Of a stretch of DNA of 64,000 nucleotides, positions 59,643 through 64,000 are shown one piece after another. The notes beneath the pieces were generated by a model. That model ran no database searches. It was not told the origin of the DNA and saw only the letters and a list, made by a program, of their open reading frames with translations. The stretch is from an uncultured delta proteobacterium (GTDB lineage: Bacteria; Myxococcota_A; Polyangia; Fen-1088), in contig CAVYGB010000010.1 of the NCBI GenBank assembly GCA_963767925.1, positions 1,791,626 to 1,855,625 on the forward strand. The letters run 5' to 3'. The number at the start of each line of letters is the position of its first letter. Position 1 is the stretch's first letter. Position numbers and translations under genes: made by a program.

Positions 59643-61007
59643 CTAGTCATAGTAGCAAGTGTTGGCCATCCAGTCCCCTATGTTCCCCGGGCCGCCAAAA
59701 AAGAAGGTAGTTCCGTATGAGCCGGGGGGTGTCGCCCAGCTGGCGACCGTATAGCAGTTGGGCGTGGTGTGGACATATGTGGGCGCGGCAGCAGTCGTGA
59801 CAGGGGGCGTGGCATTGGACCGATAGACCAAGTTGCTCTGGTAGGCCGCCTTATATAACCCCTCCGATGCGTAGCTGCCGGAGCCCATGTCGGTGTGCGT
59901 GTAGACCGGGTAATAGTCATCAGTGATCTCGCCGCCGTATAGCACCGCGTTTCCTCCGGGCCCCAGTCCGGCTGCATCAAAGGTCGCCGCGGGCAAAGTG
60001 CCCCAGTGCTCACTGTCGAAATAGAAGGTCCAGTCTCCATTGGTCTCGCGCTGCCAAAAGACGCCAACGATGTACTGAGTGCTGTTGTAAACACTGGTCG
60101 GAGAAACGGTGCAGGCAAAACAAGAGCCGCTCTCAATAACGAGGTTCGAGCAGTCATTGTTGTAACAGACCGTGGTGTAGTCATCAGGAGTGTGGAACAC
60201 GAATATATGTAAATTCCAGTCGCCCCACTTGCTGCGAAGGACCTGCAGTCCAGCTTCGACCGATTGAAGGTTATCGCTCATCGGCCCGCCGGTTCCGCGG
60301 GTTACCCAGATCTGCGAGATGGACTCTTCGTTAACCTCCGAAACGGCGGGCTTCCAGACGTTCAGAATCGCGCCGGCTCCCTGATTGTTGACGTTTTGGT
60401 AGCCATATGCGTAGTCGTGCGTTTGGATGGGGCGCGCGGCCGGTCGTGCGATCGGCGGCCTTCCTCCCGATACTCCAGCGGGCACGGGCGGGCCCGAGCG
60501 CTCGCCATAGTAGTCTTTGCCCGCGCGGAGATATGCGTCCAGCGTGTCAAAATTCCTGAGAGTATCCATCGTTAGCTCGGTGAACGCGACGGTGCCTACA
60601 GGACAGCGCCTGATGTGTCCCTCCACGTCCTCTTCGTCATCGAAAAACAGCGAGCGCAAGCCGGGGGGCTTCTCCGGTGCCGGAGGAACGGGTCGGCCCT
60701 CGGCTACCAAACGTCGGATAGCGGGCTGCTTCTCGCGAGGAATACAATCGATCCGGTCGCCGGTGCGATTGATAAATTTGTGAACGACGTCAAATTGTGT
60801 GTAGCGGCTGTCGATAAACGCCTGCATCCGAAGCTCCTCCTCGGGACTCGGCGCCGCTATGCGGACATTTGCCGACAGTCGGGGCGCGGCGCTGGATGTC
60901 GGCGTATCCTCAGCTGGACCGTCAGGTGCACAGGCGTCTAATGAGCAGATCGAAGCGACGCCCATGAGGCACCGCACATACGTGAACACGCTCTTGCAGT
61001 AACGCAT
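59643..61007 (-). CDS. Neprosin-family (DUF239) glutamic endopeptidase with activation pro-domain
   Basis: IDCIP..KQPA, CPVGTV, LNVWKP, SISQIWV, SVEAG, GGEI, T.MGSG, FFGGPG. Confidence 0.85.
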   Translation of the reverse strand: MRYCKSVFTYVRCLMGVASICSLDACAPDGPAEDTPTSSAAPRLSANVRIAAPSPEEELRMQAFIDSRYTQFDVVHKFINRTGDRIDCIPREKQPAIRRLVAEGRPVPPAPEKPPGLRSLFFDDEEDVEGHIRRCPVGTVAFTELTMDTLRNFDTLDAYLRAGKDYYGERSGPPVPAGVSGGRPPIARPAARPIQTHDYAYGYQNVNNQGAGAILNVWKPAVSEVNEESISQIWVTRGTGGPMSDNLQSVEAGLQVLRSKWGDWNLHIFVFHTPDDYTTVCYNNDCSNLVIESGSCFACTVSPTSVYNSTQYIVGVFWQRETNGDWTFYFDSEHWGTLPAATFDAAGLGPGGNAVLYGGEITDDYYPVYTHTDMGSGSYASEGLYKAAYQSNLVYRSNATPPVTTAAAPTYVHTTPNCYTVASWATPPGSYGTTFFFGGPGNIGDWMANTCYYD

Positions 61008-61614
61008 TACCAACAACCTCCCTCTCGTCTCGACCGCCAAATGGGACTCGCGGTGAAGAATGCGGGTCACCGCGAAGAGTGTCGCCGCCTTCCGGCTTCC
61101 TAGCTAAGTCCCAGATTGACATTGCTCGCGCGGGCGAATCGCTGTCAAGAACGCCAGGAGGCGCGTGCACATTTCAGGTGCCGACGTGGCGGGGCCCGAT
61201 GTTGGCTGTTCCCGCGAATGCCCGGGTTGTCCTCCAGCCCCGAGGGCGCACCATTCCAGGTGCATGTTCCGGCGACCGCTCCTCATTCCGGCGGTGCACC
61301 GCAGGATTTGGGAGTCCGCCTGGTCAATTGCCTATCGAGTAGTCGATGCAGATCCTGGAGGGTCGTCTGTCAATTACGACCCATTACACGCAGCGAAGGA
61401 GACTCGGAGGGAACATCGGAGACGGTGCGCTCCGTGACTGCAGTCTCTGCGGGGGACTCGCAAGCACATGTTTCTAACGGAGCTCGAGACGAAGGATGAC
61501 GGCACATCCGAGCTGCGCGCGCTGCTCGCCGTGGCCTTCCTCGGTGAGCGCTTTCTGTTTTCGCAGATTTTCGACGAGCTATAGCGCGAGATCGACGCCA
61601 TCGCTTCCGGTGAG

Positions 61615-62340
61615 TGTCAAAGTAGTTGTCGCCGGAAAGGAGTTGCTCTCACGCATGACTCGTCGCCGCCGTCGTGGAGAGCGATTGTCGGGGAGTGTTC
61701 GGGCCGGTCAAGGGTTCGCAGGCTCGCCGTCGGCGGACTGCATCCTAGACCCGCCCCTGCGCTCTCCCCCGGAGTGCCGCGTATCGACGGCGGGGCCAGG
61801 TCTCGACGGCCGAAGGCTGGAATTGAGGCAATACGACTGCGACCGGCGGCCGTTGCGTGTCTGCCGCGATCAGCGCTGGGGTGTTCCGCCCTCGGGCGGC
61901 CTCGTACACCTGGCGGCGCTGGGCAAGGATGGCGCCGTCCAGCCCGTCGTGCCGCTCCGCCGGCGTGACGAAGTCGGATCCCTCTTGTGCTGGTGGCCTT
62001 CTGTCGTTTTACCGACGCACGAACGAGTCGACCCACGCGTGCGAGGCGTAGAGGGAGATGAACGACCCGTCAGGTACGACGGCCGATACTTCATGGTCCG
62101 AAAAGAGCTTCCGAAAAGGCGCTGTAGTCGGCTGGTGTGCGGTGGGCTGAACCTGCTGGTTACGCCCAAGTCCCGGAGCTTTGCGAGCAGGGTCTGGCCC
62201 TTCATCGCCGGACCGTTGTCGCTGTGAAGTCCGAGCTGGCCAGGCCTGACACCCTCTCGGTGATATGCATCCTCCAGCGAGCCGCCCCAGCCAATCCACC
62301 CTCGCGGCCGACGCCAGCCAGGTGGAGCTCTTATCTGCAC
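61615..62340 (-). mobile_element. IS3-family remnant (integrase-core fragment and one end)
   Basis: LHSDNGPAMKG, FRTMKYRP across frames; terminal TGTCAAAGTAGTTGTCG at 61615. Confidence 0.7.
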
Positions 62341-62521
62341 CGCGGAACTAGATCATGGTAGTCCCCTACTCCGGTGCCCGGCTTACTGCTCCGCGGGCGG
62401 CGGGCGGTTTGGAGGGTGGGTGTTTGGTCAGGGGATTTATCGGACGCTTCAGGCCCTGGACCGCCGGGAAGAACTAGAGGCCCGGCCGAGTGAGCAGCAT
62501 CAAAGGGCGGACGCGGTAGGG

Positions 62522-64000
62522 ATGGGTAACAAGTCGAGTGGCAAGCGTTCGAGGCATCGAAGGGAGGAGAAACGGGCGAACCGCTCGTTGCGCCTGAAGA
62601 GGAACCCCAAAAGGTCGTCCTATAAGACGCCCCGCCCCGGGGACCCAGTGGCGGAACCGCCTCAGTCAGCCTTGAGTCCTGGGCTCGGTTCTGCGCACCC
62701 GAGCATGCGCTACAACCTTCCGTACGAGACTGCAGAAAGGATCTTCGGGACACCTATGTCTGCCGAGGTTCTTCGGGAGCTCGTACAGCAGTTCTCCTGG
62801 AAGGAAGCCCTCTTCATGCTCGCCCATCTGGCCGCGATTGTCGCGAACGCCGGAGAAGGCCCTCTGTCCGAGCGCGTTCGACGGCTGACCGTGGACCCTC
62901 TTCTGACCATCACGAGTCCCCAAGAGCATCTTCTTCGGGGTAGACGCTTCGCGCAGGCGAACCGGGATCGGATAGTGCTGGCGCATGAAGAAGTGATTCT
63001 CTACCTGGAGCATCTCGTTCTGCTCGAAGGCGCGGAAACGGAAAATCGCCCGCCGGATGTCCAGATCAGCTTGTGGCTGGCAGGTGCGAACAGCTACCTG
63101 GGGCAGTGGAGCGAGCCCGAGGATGCGCCAGGGTCAGAGTTCGAGCGGCTGTGCGCGGAGATGATTCGCTTGACCCGGTTCAACAACCATCCGGACTTGG
63201 TTCGTGAGTGGGTCCGCACGCATCACATGTTCAGCGTGCGGCCCTCCAACGGGCCGCTTTCTGGCGAAGAAGAACTGGGAGCGACTTCAGCAGGAGGCCT
63301 TCGGCTCGGGCTTTTCTGAGTATTTCGACGCGGTGCTGGGACCGCTCTGCATTTTGAGCAAGGGCTGGGGGAGCGACAGCAGTAGGCAGAGCCAGCCGAT
63401 TCTGAGAGCGCCGACCGCTTCTCGAAGAGGCGCCACCGGATGGATCCGACGAAGTTTCGCTCCTTTGTTAAGCATCTCGCAGCTTCTAGGGAGGAACTCC
63501 AGGGACGGATCAGGGCTCGCCTCAGGCCGGATGGCTTGCCGCACGCACCGACGGCCCTGATCGAGACTCCATTGGTGGAGCTCGAGCCTGACGTATACGT
63601 AGTAGCGTCGCCCGGAGCGCTAGCTGCTCAGCTTCGGACGGGAGTTTGGTGGCGATACATGTCGGCAGCGAAGCGACTGACTCGACCCCAAGAACGGCCA
63701 TACGAAATGGTTTTCGACCTTTGGGTACATCGTCGAGGATTGGTGTCGTAGGGTCGCGGCGGACGCAGCCGCCCACAGCTCGAATTGTCGATCCTCATCC
63801 CGAACGCGCCCGGAGCTAACGATGAGGTGGAGGATGTCATCTGCATCAGGGGGACAGCGCGATCCTCTTCTCAGTGAAGAGCACCCTTGTACAGGCGAGC
63901 GCAGCCCGACAGGCGCTGTCTGCGCGAAAGACTCTTGATTGGTTCGAGCTGTTCTTTTTCGCGAAGAAGGGTCCGGACTGGCGAGGGGGTGCCATTCGTC
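62522..64000 (+). pseudogene. Large hypothetical protein with several apparent frameshifts; runs off the window
   Basis: Consecutive protein-like segments in frames 62420, 63204, 63440 and beyond. Confidence 0.5.

Overview
Very GC-rich bacterial DNA. The gene content (Ser/Thr kinases with PEGA and Pro-rich linkers, Cys-rich and LamG lipoproteins, a Kazal-repeat protein) points to a myxobacterium (Myxococcota); this is an inference. Bases 1-31.4 kb are mostly ordinary chromosome: 5'-nucleotidase, GNAT, glucose/sorbosone dehydrogenase, hybrid histidine kinase, serine hydrolase, two Ser/Thr kinases, ComEA-like protein, ampG, ZIP transporter, folK, FAH, lactonase, fructosamine kinase with LMW-PTP, miaB and an APC permease. 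This part also has a candidate orphan sRNA at about 13.6 kb. From about 31.5 kb to the end is an accessory island. It opens with abutting and nested mobile elements: a decayed IS1182, an ISL3 with an 8-bp TSD, a RIT remnant, and an IS21 with two overlapping passenger ORFs. Cargo follows: a secreted nuclease, an HNH-like protein, a transglutaminase-like lipoprotein, a tandem-domain protein, higBA, DUF2188, a CxxCH protein, a XerD-like recombinase and a neprosin-family protease. The best candidate for an undescribed system is a module resembling a conjugative 'leading region'. A ~215-nt nested fold-back element (Frpo/ssi-like) ends directly at the start codon of a DUF3560 + adenine-methyltransferase fusion gene. 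That gene is split by a second IS21 with a 6-bp TSD and seven terminal repeats on one end. Many single-base frameshifts lie in homopolymers and may be long-read assembly errors. No tRNA, rRNA or CRISPR array was recognised. All family assignments come from motif recognition by eye; no searches were run.
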